Below, piece by piece: positions 20,251 to 30,026 of a DNA stretch of 64,000 nt. Both the position numbers and the translations under genes were made by a program. Origin of the DNA: an uncultured Candidatus Saccharibacteria bacterium (GTDB lineage: Bacteria > Patescibacteriota > Dojkabacteria > SC72 > WJKH01); assembly GCA_964602665.1 (NCBI GenBank), contig CAZRRH010000002.1:62171-126170 (forward strand), written 5' to 3'. Each line of letters starts with the position of its first letter. Positions within the stretch are counted from its first letter, which is position 1. The notes beneath the pieces were generated by a model. The model saw nothing but the letters and a program-made list of their open reading frames with translations, did no database searches and had not been told where the DNA came from.

Positions 20251-20256
20251 TTAGCT

Positions 20257-20934
20257 ATGGTCAATTTTAATTCTGTGAGCAAAGTATATCAAGGTAGTAT
20301 TGTTGCATTACAAGACGCTACATTTAGCTTAAACGACGGTGAGTTTTGTTTTATAGTGGGACCGTCTGGCTCAGGTAAGTCAACAATTATAAGGTTGCTT
20401 GTTAGACAAGAACTCCCAACGCAGGGGAAAATTCTATTTGGAGATGTCGAAATAACGGATATACCAAGAAAATATCTCTCAGTTTATAGACAAAACCTTG
20501 GTGTTGTTTTCCAAGATCTAAAATTAATAGAAGCAAAAACAGTAAGAGGAAATGTCGAGTTTGCACTTGAAATTATTGGTACGAAAGATAATGAAATAAA
20601 AGATTTAACTGATTATTTGCTCGAGGTGGTAGGCCTGCAAGACAGACAAAAACTTTTGCCTGTTGCTTTATCGGGAGGTGAAAGACAAAAGGCTGCGATT
20701 GCAAGAGCCCTTGCTAATAATCCAAAGCTTTTTATTGCTGATGAACCTACGGGAAATTTGGACAACAAAACATCTCAGGAGATTCTTGAGATACTTAAGG
20801 TAATAAATAAAAGCGGAACAACTGTTTTAGTTGTTACACATGATAAAGATATCGTCGATGATATGCAAACTCGTGTAATTCATATGGAAAAAGGTAAAAT
20901 TGTAGCTGATAAGGTTGGCGGTTATTATATCTAA
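20257..20934 (+). CDS. ftsE: Cell division ATP-binding protein FtsE
   Basis: GPSGSGKST, GVVFQD, LSGGE, ADEPTGNLD; lies between prfB and ftsX. Confidence 0.93.
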   Translation: MVNFNSVSKVYQGSIVALQDATFSLNDGEFCFIVGPSGSGKSTIIRLLVRQELPTQGKILFGDVEITDIPRKYLSVYRQNLGVVFQDLKLIEAKTVRGNVEFALEIIGTKDNEIKDLTDYLLEVVGLQDRQKLLPVALSGGERQKAAIARALANNPKLFIADEPTGNLDNKTSQEILEILKVINKSGTTVLVVTHDKDIVDDMQTRVIHMEKGKIVADKVGGYYI

Positions 20935-20964
20935 AAATAAAAATAAATTTATTCTGATGATTTT

Positions 20965-21885
20965 GTGAAACTATTAAAGAAAATATTTAAAAACATGGCA
21001 TCAAATAAATGGATGTCAGTTGCAACAATAATTGTAATAACGATTGTCTTTTTCATAACAACTGTGTTTTTGGGGCTTGCTTTTGTATCTCAAAAAGCAG
21101 TAAATTATTACGAAAAGAAGGCTCAAGTCATAGTATATTTTGTATCGGATGCACCTGAAAGCGAGATTAGAAGTATACAGCTTTCAATTGAAGGAACTGG
21201 CAAAGTTGAATCAATAGAATATGTAAGTGAAGTTCAAGCTATTGAGAAATATAAAACGATGTTTGACAATGGTCAAAATCTTAATATATTGCCTGGAATA
21301 CTTCCTGCAAGTCTTGAAGTGAAGGGTAAAAGTGCCGAAGAACTTTCAGAATTAGTCGAATACATTGAAGGTCTAAAGAAAAATAATACATATATTGAAG
21401 ATGTGTGGTATTATAGAAATATAATAGATCAGATTCGTACATTATCTCTTGTGATAAAATATGGTGGAGCAACAATTGTTGGACTTTTGGTCTTTTTTAC
21501 TGTTATATTAATTGTTATAACAATTGGATTTAATATTGTTTCACATAAGGACGAGATAGAAATAATGCATTTGGTTGGTGGATCGGATGATTTTATTAAA
21601 TCTCCTTTCATTTTTGAAGGGGCATTTTATGGGCTAATTGGAGGCGTATGTTCGTCGTTGTTTTTGATTATAAACTGGTTGCTTATTGTCTATCTTGCTA
21701 AAGGGAGTGATCTTTTCTTGTGGACGGCATCTCAATTAAAAGAATTCTCTGTTGATTTCATAATATCGCCAAGCTTACCTTTATTACTTCTAATTGCTTT
21801 AACACAGATTTTTATTGGCACAGTCCTTGGCTCTATTTCTAGCTATTTTGCGGTTGTAAGATATCTAAATAGAAGGAGGGTATGA
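20965..21885 (+). CDS. ftsX: Cell division permease FtsX
   Basis: LPASLEVK, EIEIMHLVGG..FIKSPFIFEG; 4 TMs. Confidence 0.92.
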   Translation: MKLLKKIFKNMASNKWMSVATIIVITIVFFITTVFLGLAFVSQKAVNYYEKKAQVIVYFVSDAPESEIRSIQLSIEGTGKVESIEYVSEVQAIEKYKTMFDNGQNLNILPGILPASLEVKGKSAEELSELVEYIEGLKKNNTYIEDVWYYRNIIDQIRTLSLVIKYGGATIVGLLVFFTVILIVITIGFNIVSHKDEIEIMHLVGGSDDFIKSPFIFEGAFYGLIGGVCSSLFLIINWLLIVYLAKGSDLFLWTASQLKEFSVDFIISPSLPLLLLIALTQIFIGTVLGSISSYFAVVRYLNRRRV

Positions 21886-23219
21886 AGAAAATACTTTTGA
21901 CTATAACATTAATAATTGCTTTCGCTTTTCCATCAGTTGCTAGTGCACAACAAACAAGCTGTCCTACTGGTTTGACAGATGCACAGTGCCTAGAATATCT
22001 TCGCAATGAAGCTGCAAAAATATCACAGCAAAGTGATAAATTACAGAAACAGCTTTCATCTGAGAAGTTAAAACAGATGAATTTAACTCAAAAAATCAAT
22101 TATTATAACACTCAAATAAGTTCCCGTGAATCAAATATTAAGCAAATAGAGATTGAATTAGAAGCAAAAAACCTTGAAATAAGAATTATAGGACAGGATG
22201 TAAGCAGAATACAGGACAATATTGATCTTATAAAACAGGAAATAAATGAGTTTACTGAGGCAATTAATAGCAGAATAAAATTATCCTATAAATATGGTTT
22301 TATCTCTCCAATAGAATTAGCTCTCTCAGCAACTGATACACAGGAAGTTCTTTACAAAATGAAATATGTGGATATGGTAAAAAAACAAGATTATGAGAAT
22401 ATACTTGTTTTAAGTGATAAAAATGATGAGCTAAAGACTCATCAGGACGAATTAATTGCTCGTGAAGAGGAGATAAAGCAGGTAAGAGATGCCATCGAGG
22501 AAGAGAAAACGACTCTTTATAATGAGAAAACGCAACTTGCAGGTGAAAAAACCGAGTATACAGCACTTCTTGCCGAATCAAAGAAGCTTGAGGATGAGTA
22601 TAACAAGAGCATAAAAACTCTTGAGGCTGAGAAAAACAATTTTGATCAGCAGATTACCGCAATGATTATGAAGATGTATAATGAAGGTAATCTTAAGAAT
22701 GGTACTCCAGTAGTCAAGGGCCAAATAATCGGATTTCAGGGGCACACAGGATGTTCTTACGGTTCGCATTTACACTTTGGTATTGCGTCAACCTCAAACA
22801 ACAGATTTGTTGGTGATATTGATCCTTTTGCTACGGGTCATCTGACTAAATCAAATGGTTATGTTAGGGCGGGCAATGCATCTGCACCTATGGATAGTGC
22901 ATATATGACACAAGGATTTCATAGCGGTAAGTATGTTGATCTTGTAAGCATGACGGGTGGTAATCAGTTACAAAATACCTATGGAAGCTGTTGGAGTACA
23001 CCAACTGAGCATCAGTGCTATTTTGTGCCTGCTGGAACAAGATTGTGTGCAAAAAACACAACTTCTGATAAATGGTATTCACTTAGAGGAGAAGGCGCCC
23101 CAGTATATGCAATATACGATGGTACTGTGTATTATGGCGTTGATAGTTGGGGAGGAGCAAAATATGCTATGGTGGTCCACAACAACAACCTAATTTCAAT
23201 GTATGTTCACCTAAGATAA
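21882..23219 (+). CDS. Coiled-coil M23 peptidase (EnvC/CwlO-like FtsEX partner), apparently circularly permuted
   Basis: Signal peptide, long coiled coil, VKGQIIGFQGHTGCSYGSHLHF, then GAPVYAIYDG...MYVHLR at the C-terminus. Confidence 0.85.
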   Translation: MKKILLTITLIIAFAFPSVASAQQTSCPTGLTDAQCLEYLRNEAAKISQQSDKLQKQLSSEKLKQMNLTQKINYYNTQISSRESNIKQIEIELEAKNLEIRIIGQDVSRIQDNIDLIKQEINEFTEAINSRIKLSYKYGFISPIELALSATDTQEVLYKMKYVDMVKKQDYENILVLSDKNDELKTHQDELIAREEEIKQVRDAIEEEKTTLYNEKTQLAGEKTEYTALLAESKKLEDEYNKSIKTLEAEKNNFDQQITAMIMKMYNEGNLKNGTPVVKGQIIGFQGHTGCSYGSHLHFGIASTSNNRFVGDIDPFATGHLTKSNGYVRAGNASAPMDSAYMTQGFHSGKYVDLVSMTGGNQLQNTYGSCWSTPTEHQCYFVPAGTRLCAKNTTSDKWYSLRGEGAPVYAIYDGTVYYGVDSWGGAKYAMVVHNNNLISMYVHLR

Positions 23220-23270
23220 TTTCATATTTTCTTCAAGATTTCTTAACCTTGCTTATATTAAAATTTTGCC

Positions 23271-24539
23271 ATGAAATTTATTATGGTAATTTTATTTTTT
23301 GCTCTTTTTGCAACTTCAGCCTATGCTGTAAAGATAAATGAGATTATGTACAATCCTACTGGGGCAGATCTTGGTTATGAATGGATAGAGCTTTATAACG
23401 GCACAGAAGATATAATTAATCTTAAGGATTATTCATTTGAGATTGCTGGCTCAAATTGGAATAGAGCTTTCATAATAGAACAAGATATTTCACTGGCAGA
23501 GGAAGAATTTATGCTTATTTGTGAGCGAGAAATAGTCGGATGTGATTATTATATAGATAAAATCGGTATGCAAAATGGTGGTGGAGCGACTGATGGCATA
23601 AGAATCAAAAATGAAAATGGTGCAGTCACAGACACTTTTTTATATGATACGCCCAATATTAATAAGCTAATAAATGATTTTGGTGATATAGAAATTGACG
23701 AGAATATTGCCAATAAATGCTTGGAAGGCAATTCTTTGGGCCGAAAAGTTGATGGAAATGACACTGAGAATTTAAGAGAAGAATTGGCTTGCTTTGTAAA
23801 ACCCACACCCAGGGTGACTAATCAGCAAATAAATTATGACAACATGTTCTCTTTATCTGAGATCTTTCCATATAAAGAAGGTGGGTATATTGAAATAATT
23901 GGTAATGGGTTAGACTTTGAAAGTTGGTACATAAAAAATAGCCTTGGAGAAAGAAATGCTTTAAAAACATCTTATTATGATAAGAATACAATAATTGTGG
24001 GCTATCCATTTAACGATGAAAAGGAGGGGTGTGTTTATTTACACTCTCCTGACGATAAAATTCAAGATAGCTTATGTTTCTCAAAACCAATTCTTTCCGT
24101 TAGCTTTTGTAAAGAAAGCTCTTTTTATTGCTATAAATCACAAGGAGAAATTCCAAATAAGGTTTATCCAAAAGAGCCTTCGACTTTATTTGTAGATGAT
24201 ATTGATATTAAAAATCCGCAATATGTTAAAATTACAGCCAAAGCTGTTTTGGAGAAGGAAAGTTATATATACTTTGAAATTGTAGATGATTCTGATATTG
24301 CTGATAAAGTTTTTAGAATTGAGAAAGATAAACTTGTCTTAGATATTGATTATAGCTCTTTATATTTACATCAATTTGAGATCGTCGGATTTTGGTATAG
24401 TTATGAGGAATATAAATACCAAATTTATCCAACTTCTGTAAAAAGTACAAGGCTTATAAGTAACGGATTGGTGCAAACAGGTGAGGGTACTTTCTTTGTA
24501 ATTTTACTTTGCATATTTTTGCTTTATCTGGTACAATAG
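23271..24539 (+). CDS. Lamin-tail-domain surface protein with C-terminal anchor
   Basis: INEIMYNPTGADLGYEWIELYN; second degenerate LTD (LSEIFP...GYIEI); C-terminal LVQTG then hydrophobic helix. Confidence 0.8.
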   Translation: MKFIMVILFFALFATSAYAVKINEIMYNPTGADLGYEWIELYNGTEDIINLKDYSFEIAGSNWNRAFIIEQDISLAEEEFMLICEREIVGCDYYIDKIGMQNGGGATDGIRIKNENGAVTDTFLYDTPNINKLINDFGDIEIDENIANKCLEGNSLGRKVDGNDTENLREELACFVKPTPRVTNQQINYDNMFSLSEIFPYKEGGYIEIIGNGLDFESWYIKNSLGERNALKTSYYDKNTIIVGYPFNDEKEGCVYLHSPDDKIQDSLCFSKPILSVSFCKESSFYCYKSQGEIPNKVYPKEPSTLFVDDIDIKNPQYVKITAKAVLEKESYIYFEIVDDSDIADKVFRIEKDKLVLDIDYSSLYLHQFEIVGFWYSYEEYKYQIYPTSVKSTRLISNGLVQTGEGTFFVILLCIFLLYLVQ

Positions 24540-24575
24540 TAAAGTCAAAAATAATTTTATTTAATTAATATCGAT

Positions 24576-25403
24576 ATGCAAAAAAGTTCAAGTAGCAAGG
24601 GGAAATCACCTGTTGTAAGTAAAACGAAAGCTGTAGTCACAAAAAGTGTAAAAAGCAAGACTACTCCGGTAAGTTTTAATATTAACAAAAATAAACTTCT
24701 TGGGGTTATTAAGTCAAAGAAGTTAATAAAAGCAGTTTTATATTTACTGTTTTTTTTCGTTGGCTTGATCTTAATTGATTACAGTTTCCAATATCTTAAT
24801 AATGATTATAGTGCAGTTGTTATAACACATAAGGATGGAGTCGGGACAATCAGAGTTCCTAAAAGAAAAGTTGTAGAAGCGCTATTAAATAGCAGCGGAT
24901 CAAATACAGCTGAGTATCTTACAGATATTTATATAATTAATGATTATGCTACAAGAAACGGCATTGCTGTATCAGATATTGAGATAGAATTTTATAGATT
25001 TTCTTCAGAATACCAACTTTATGGTACGCTTGAGGAGTTTAGAAATGCAGATGCCTCAGCAGATAAAATTGCTAAACAGTTGGCAAATGATGAGTATGAA
25101 GCAGTTTTAATTTTACATAAAGTTATTTTTGGAGATCAGGATATATCCGAAGAGGAGGCTAACGCATCTTATGAGAAATATAAAGAGTCTTTTTCAGAAG
25201 CAGATTATAACTATTTTAACACAAAAGAAATTAGAGAGCTTAGCTACATGATTGAAAATATACAAACGAAAGCTGCAGATAGTACTAAGCTTGAAGAAAT
25301 ATACAACCAATATATAACTAATAACAATTTGTCAACAAAGCCTGAGTATGGATTTCTTAAATCAACAAAGGCTGTTTTCAATATGCTCAAAAAGGCCGAA
25401 TAA
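24576..25403 (+). CDS. Membrane-anchored SurA-N/PrsA-like protein
   Basis: Lys-rich N-terminus, one TM, motif IINDYATRNGIAVSDIEI. Confidence 0.55.
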   Translation: MQKSSSSKGKSPVVSKTKAVVTKSVKSKTTPVSFNINKNKLLGVIKSKKLIKAVLYLLFFFVGLILIDYSFQYLNNDYSAVVITHKDGVGTIRVPKRKVVEALLNSSGSNTAEYLTDIYIINDYATRNGIAVSDIEIEFYRFSSEYQLYGTLEEFRNADASADKIAKQLANDEYEAVLILHKVIFGDQDISEEEANASYEKYKESFSEADYNYFNTKEIRELSYMIENIQTKAADSTKLEEIYNQYITNNNLSTKPEYGFLKSTKAVFNMLKKAE

Positions 25404-25412
25404 ATTTGTTAT

Positions 25413-25484
25413 AAAGATGGTAGCAAAGTAGCGGATATGATTTCATAAAAAAGAAATATGTCTGCGTATTGCGCCATCTTTTTT
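25413..25484 (+). terminator. Long imperfect hairpin followed by T tract
   Basis: AAAGATGG/CCATCTTT, GCAA/TTGC, GCGGATAT/ATGTCTGC and ATTTC/GAAAT helices, then TTT. Confidence 0.5.
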
Positions 25485-25546
25485 GTGTTGTAATAAATTC
25501 GTAATTATGTTATAATAACTCAACATTTAATTTGATTGTAAAAAGT

Positions 25547-26323
25547 ATGAAAGCATCAGATGATATAAAAAGTTTCTTGTCTGATAACTATAATCTTTCG
25601 GATATTGAGGTCTCTTTGTATATTAGCCTCTTAAAAAGAGGTCCTTCCACGATAATGGATTTAGCAAATTTTGCAGATGTAAACAGAGCTACAACTCATA
25701 TAAATGTTGAAACACTAATAAAAAAAGGCTTAATTGTACAAAGCCGAAAAGCTAATACAAAGCGAAGAATTGTTATTGCAGAGAAACCAGATAAACTAGG
25801 TTCAATACTAAATAATCGCAAAATGCAGATAGAGAAAGCCCAGGTTGTTCTTCCTGATATTGTAAAAAATCTTAGTGCATTACTTCCTGAAATCGACTCA
25901 AGATCTGGTATTGAGATAGAGTATTTTGAGAACAAGAAAGAGGTAAAAAATATCTATAAAAAAGTTTTGGAGGCAAATGAGATAAGAAGTTACGTCAATC
26001 TAGACAAAGTATCTGAGATGATGCCTGACAATGGACCTTTATACATCGAAGCTCATAAAAAGAATAAAAAAATGAAAATATGGTCAATTGTTAGTAGTGC
26101 AGATCCTAAAAAAAATGTTTTCCAGAAAAGCATGGACAATAAAAGATATTTTTGTAAATATCTAAAAAACGATACGGACATTTCGTTGATAGATTTCTTA
26201 ATATTTGATGATTATATTGCATATATAACCGTTGAGGAGCAAACAAAGGGTGTTATAATTAAAAATAAATATATTCAACAGCATTCAGAGGCTATTCATA
26301 AATTAGTCTGGAGCTTATTATAA
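25547..26323 (+). CDS. TrmB-family transcriptional regulator
   Basis: LSDIEVSLYISLLKRGPSTIMDLA...RATTH..VETLIKKGL winged HTH plus PLD-like C-terminal sensing domain; alternative TTG start at 25532. Confidence 0.85.
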   Translation: MKASDDIKSFLSDNYNLSDIEVSLYISLLKRGPSTIMDLANFADVNRATTHINVETLIKKGLIVQSRKANTKRRIVIAEKPDKLGSILNNRKMQIEKAQVVLPDIVKNLSALLPEIDSRSGIEIEYFENKKEVKNIYKKVLEANEIRSYVNLDKVSEMMPDNGPLYIEAHKKNKKMKIWSIVSSADPKKNVFQKSMDNKRYFCKYLKNDTDISLIDFLIFDDYIAYITVEEQTKGVIIKNKYIQQHSEAIHKLVWSLL

Positions 26324-26970
26324 TGAATAAAGAGCAGTTGCTTGAGATTTTCTTTAAAACCCCATCTTTGATAAACATATCAAGCAATAAAGATTTACAA
26401 GTTAAAAAAGGTGTCTTTACGCCTATTTTGATGAATATGAAATCGTTACTCTCATATCCAGATCGTCGTAGGGTAATTATTAAATTGATGAGCCAAGAAA
26501 TTGATAAGAAATACTCTGCAATCGTCGGTATTGCCTATGGAGGAGATTATTTTGCTGCTGCCTTGGCAGATGAAGTGGACACACCTGTTGCTTTTTTGCG
26601 CAAAGAGAATAAAGCTTATGGAATTTTGCTTAACGATTTGTTTGTTGGTAAAATTGATAAAGCAAATGAGCAAATACTTCTTATTGACGATGTGGTTGCC
26701 ACAGGTAATGAAGCTAAAAAAGCTCTTGTAAATATTACAAAATTATTAAAAGAAAGAAATCAAGAGATAGATTACAGTAAAATCTCTTTATTATCAATCT
26801 TTTCTTATTGCGATGAAGTTGAGATATCAAAAAAAGTTGGTATAAAAATTAGTGCTTTAATATATGCTAAAGATATAATTGAATATGGATTAGAGCATGG
26901 CTATATTGATGAAAAAACTGCTCAAATGATTACAGATCAGATCTCTTTTAATAAAGGGTTTGAAATCTAA
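26323..26970 (+). CDS. Type I phosphoribosyltransferase, orotate PRT (PyrE)-like
   Basis: IVGIAYGG, FLRKENKAYG, PRPP-binding loop LLIDDVVATG. Confidence 0.8.
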   Translation: MNKEQLLEIFFKTPSLINISSNKDLQVKKGVFTPILMNMKSLLSYPDRRRVIIKLMSQEIDKKYSAIVGIAYGGDYFAAALADEVDTPVAFLRKENKAYGILLNDLFVGKIDKANEQILLIDDVVATGNEAKKALVNITKLLKERNQEIDYSKISLLSIFSYCDEVEISKKVGIKISALIYAKDIIEYGLEHGYIDEKTAQMITDQISFNKGFEI

Positions 26971-27007
26971 GAGAAGAAATCCCGTTTTTATGGTAAAATA
27001 AGCTCAT

Positions 27008-27919
27008 ATGAATACATCCGTCGATAAAAGCGTTGCGATTCTCATATTGGCATATAATGGCATTGATAGGCTTAAACTTTGCCTTGAGAATCTAAAATGG
27101 GTGATAGATCGACCTAATACAAAAATAGTCCTTGTAGACAATGGCTCTATAGACCCTATTGCTCCACTTGTAAAAAGCAAATATCCTTGGATTTCTTTCA
27201 TTAAGAACAGTGAGAATTTAGGTTTTGCGATAGGCCAAAATAGCGCATATGAATTTATTAAGAATTCCGGTAAAAAATATAAATATATACTTGCATTAAA
27301 TCCTGATACTTTACTAAATGAAGATGTATTAGATAAGATGATTGAACAAATCGAAAAGGATGAGAATATTGGTTTAATAGGACCTAAAATAATAAACGAT
27401 GACGGACAACTTGAGAAGAGTATACATATAAAGCCAACAGCTTTTACATTCTTTTATAAATTAATAGGTTTGGATTTACAATATTTAATAAATTATCGTA
27501 AATATAAAGCCAAAAGGGCCGTAAGAGTTTTTAGCGTTTCAGGGGCTTGCATGCTAATAAAGACGCAGGTTATAGAAAAAGTTGGCTACTTTGATACTGA
27601 TTTCTTTTTCTATTATGAGGATGTAGATTTATGCAAGCGCATAAATGATGCAGGATATTTTGTTTATTACTTACCCAGTGTTGTTATAAAGCATGCCAGA
27701 GGTCGATCTGTAAGTACTCAAAGTGATAAAAACTGGAGTAAAGAGCAGACATATATATCAAGTTGGATATATTTTAAGAAAAACAGTAGCTTATTTGAGA
27801 AATGTTTATTAAAATATGGTAGAATGTTTGAAATGAATTTGCGCATTTTGATAAACTTCGAGCGAGAATGGGCAAAAAAAATGCTTTTATATTTTAAAGA
27901 TGAAAAAATTTCTAGCTAA
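27008..27919 (+). CDS. GT2 glycosyltransferase (WbbL/rhamnosyltransferase-like)
   Basis: VDNGSID, NLGFA, LNPD, VSGACML, FFFYYEDVDLC. Confidence 0.9.
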   Translation: MNTSVDKSVAILILAYNGIDRLKLCLENLKWVIDRPNTKIVLVDNGSIDPIAPLVKSKYPWISFIKNSENLGFAIGQNSAYEFIKNSGKKYKYILALNPDTLLNEDVLDKMIEQIEKDENIGLIGPKIINDDGQLEKSIHIKPTAFTFFYKLIGLDLQYLINYRKYKAKRAVRVFSVSGACMLIKTQVIEKVGYFDTDFFFYYEDVDLCKRINDAGYFVYYLPSVVIKHARGRSVSTQSDKNWSKEQTYISSWIYFKKNSSLFEKCLLKYGRMFEMNLRILINFEREWAKKMLLYFKDEKISS

Positions 27920-28625
27920 AAAAATATTTGCTGTTATTATTTTTCTTCTGTTAACTCAGAACACATATGCTACAGATGGCTTGATGCTTTTAGAAAAGGA
28001 TGCACAAACCGTCTCAGTTGGACAAGAATTTTCTGTTGATGTAAAAATCTTCTCTGATGAAGAAGAGCTAATACTAGGTCGAGCAGTACTAACATTTGAT
28101 CCCGACTATTTGCAAATTACAAGGATATTAAGAAATGAAGACATTTTCTGCAATTATGATGATGACAGGCAAAGTGCAGATAATGAGAATGGTGTGATAG
28201 TTATCGAAGGCTATTGCCAAAGTGGAGAAGATGAGCTTTATAAGACAGCTACAGACCCGGATGTGTTTGCAAGGATATATTTTAGACCAATCATCGCTGG
28301 GAGTACAGATATTGAATGGGAACATAGTGGTCAAAATGTTGATTTTAAATCTGTGTTAATGGCTGAGGGTAGTCCTCCTCAAAATATATTAAAATTTGCT
28401 CCATCAAAGCTGATAATTAATATCCAATCTGTAAACAACAAGACAAAGACACCACAGACTAATATTTTTGGAGTAGACAACGTCTTAATAGGTATTCTTC
28501 TAATAGTAATCGGGATAGCTTCATTTGCTGTTCTATCTATGATTATAACCCTTATAAGATATCGAGGCGTTAGAGCGTATAATACAATTATTATATCAGA
28601 CGATGAAGATAGCAATCGTCCATGA
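27900..28625 (+). CDS. Cohesin-like domain surface protein with C-terminal TM anchor
   Basis: VSVGQEFSVDVKI...LTFDPDYLQI...FARIYFRPIIAGST; TPQT then TM and basic residues. Confidence 0.75.
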   Translation: MKKFLAKKIFAVIIFLLLTQNTYATDGLMLLEKDAQTVSVGQEFSVDVKIFSDEEELILGRAVLTFDPDYLQITRILRNEDIFCNYDDDRQSADNENGVIVIEGYCQSGEDELYKTATDPDVFARIYFRPIIAGSTDIEWEHSGQNVDFKSVLMAEGSPPQNILKFAPSKLIINIQSVNNKTKTPQTNIFGVDNVLIGILLIVIGIASFAVLSMIITLIRYRGVRAYNTIIISDDEDSNRP

Positions 28626-29697
28626 TTTCGCATACAAAATGGGCGGAGCTGAGCGATTAGTTGATACTCTCCTAAGTATGTATCCGCAAGCAGACCTTTT
28701 TATGCTTTTTGGTGACAAATCAAAATTGTCCAAGAATTTTAGTAAAAGAGATATTAAATACTCATTTTTGCAAAAGATACCTTTTATCAGATATTTTTAT
28801 AGGTGGACATTTCCTTTGTGGCCAGGGGCTATCGAGAGTTTTAATTTCGAGGGATATGATTTAGTTATATCTCACAGCACCGTCGCTGCAAAGGGTGTAA
28901 TTACTGATATAAACAGCTATCATTTTGCATATATTTCATCTTTCATGCGGTATGCTTGGGATTTGCGACATAGATATTTCGATAAAAAGCCCAGAGTCCT
29001 AAGATTTTTCATAAATTTCTGGCTAAGTTATCTAAGGGCGTGGGATGTATCTGTTAATAATAGAGTAAATAGCTTTGTGGCATGCTCAAAATTTGTTGCC
29101 AAAAGGATGCAGAAATATTACAAAATTGATAATGTGCCTGTTATATTTCCTCCAGTTGACGTAAAGAGTTGTTTGCCTCATAAAAGCATTAAAGAGCAGT
29201 ATTTTCTATCAATTGCACCGTTTGAACCTAATAAAAATGGCAATTTAGCAATAGAATGTGCAAAAAAGCACGGTTTTAATTTAAAAATTATTGGCACAGG
29301 TTCAGGATTAAAAAAGATTAAAAAAAGTGCAAAAAAATATAGAAACATAGAAATATTAGGTTGGGTAGATGAAAAGCAGAAGCTTGATTTATTAGCTGGA
29401 GCAAAAGGGCTTCTTTTTTGTGGTATTGAGGATTTTGGAATAGCTGCAGTTGAGGCTATTGGGAGTGGTACGCCGGTTATAGCTCTAAAAGCAGGTGGAG
29501 CATTAGATTATATTGTAGAAGGAGAGACAGGTGTGTTTTTTGAGAATGAAAATGCTGATAATTTATGGGAAGCAATAACAAAATCTAACCAGATTAAATG
29601 GAATCATGAAAAGATGCGCGAATTTGCTTATGACAATTTTGATAAGCACATTTTTGTACAAAAGATCGCTAGCGAGTTGAAAAAAAAACTAAAATAG
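28603..29697 (+). CDS. GT4 glycosyltransferase
   Basis: KIAIVHD...GGAER, EDFGIAAVEAIGSGTPVIA. Confidence 0.92.
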   Translation: MKIAIVHDFAYKMGGAERLVDTLLSMYPQADLFMLFGDKSKLSKNFSKRDIKYSFLQKIPFIRYFYRWTFPLWPGAIESFNFEGYDLVISHSTVAAKGVITDINSYHFAYISSFMRYAWDLRHRYFDKKPRVLRFFINFWLSYLRAWDVSVNNRVNSFVACSKFVAKRMQKYYKIDNVPVIFPPVDVKSCLPHKSIKEQYFLSIAPFEPNKNGNLAIECAKKHGFNLKIIGTGSGLKKIKKSAKKYRNIEILGWVDEKQKLDLLAGAKGLLFCGIEDFGIAAVEAIGSGTPVIALKAGGALDYIVEGETGVFFENENADNLWEAITKSNQIKWNHEKMREFAYDNFDKHIFVQKIASELKKKLK

Positions 29698-29714
29698 TGT
29701 ATTATTGAAGCTAA

Positions 29715-29787
29715 GCCGAGATAGCTCAGTTGGTAGAGCACGCGACTGAAAATCGTGGGGTCACCAGTTCAAGCCTGGTTCTCGGCA
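29715..29787 (+). tRNA. tRNA-Phe(GAA)
   Basis: GCCGAGA/TCTCGGC-A; anticodon arm CGCGA-CTGAAAA-TCGTG. Confidence 0.96.
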
Positions 29788-29819
29788 TATGTTCGAGTAC
29801 AAATTTGATCTATAAATGT

Positions 29820-29893
29820 GCGGGAGTAGTTCAGTTGGCTAGAACGTTACTTTGCCAAAGTGAAGGTCGCGGGTTCGAGCCCCGTCTCCCGCT
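29820..29893 (+). tRNA. tRNA-Gly(GCC)
   Basis: GCGGGAG/CTCCCGC-T; anticodon arm TTACT-TTGCCAA-AGTGA; TTCGAGC T loop. Confidence 0.96.
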
Positions 29894-30022
29894 TGTTTTA
29901 AATAATGAAGAGCGGGGCGAGACTTGTCTGTCTATTACAAAGTAATGGGCAGAAGCAGGGTTAGGCCACTATGAAGCGAAGCGAAATAGTAGCGTAAAGT
30001 CCCGTCTCCCGCTTGTTTTAAA
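29881..30022 (+). repeat. 22-bp direct repeat of tRNA-Gly 3' end flanking a structured ~100-nt element
   Basis: CCCGTCTCCCGCTTGTTTTAAA at 29881-29902 and 30001-30022; internal hairpins and a GAAGCGAAGCGAA loop. Confidence 0.85.
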
Positions 30023-30026
30023 AACC

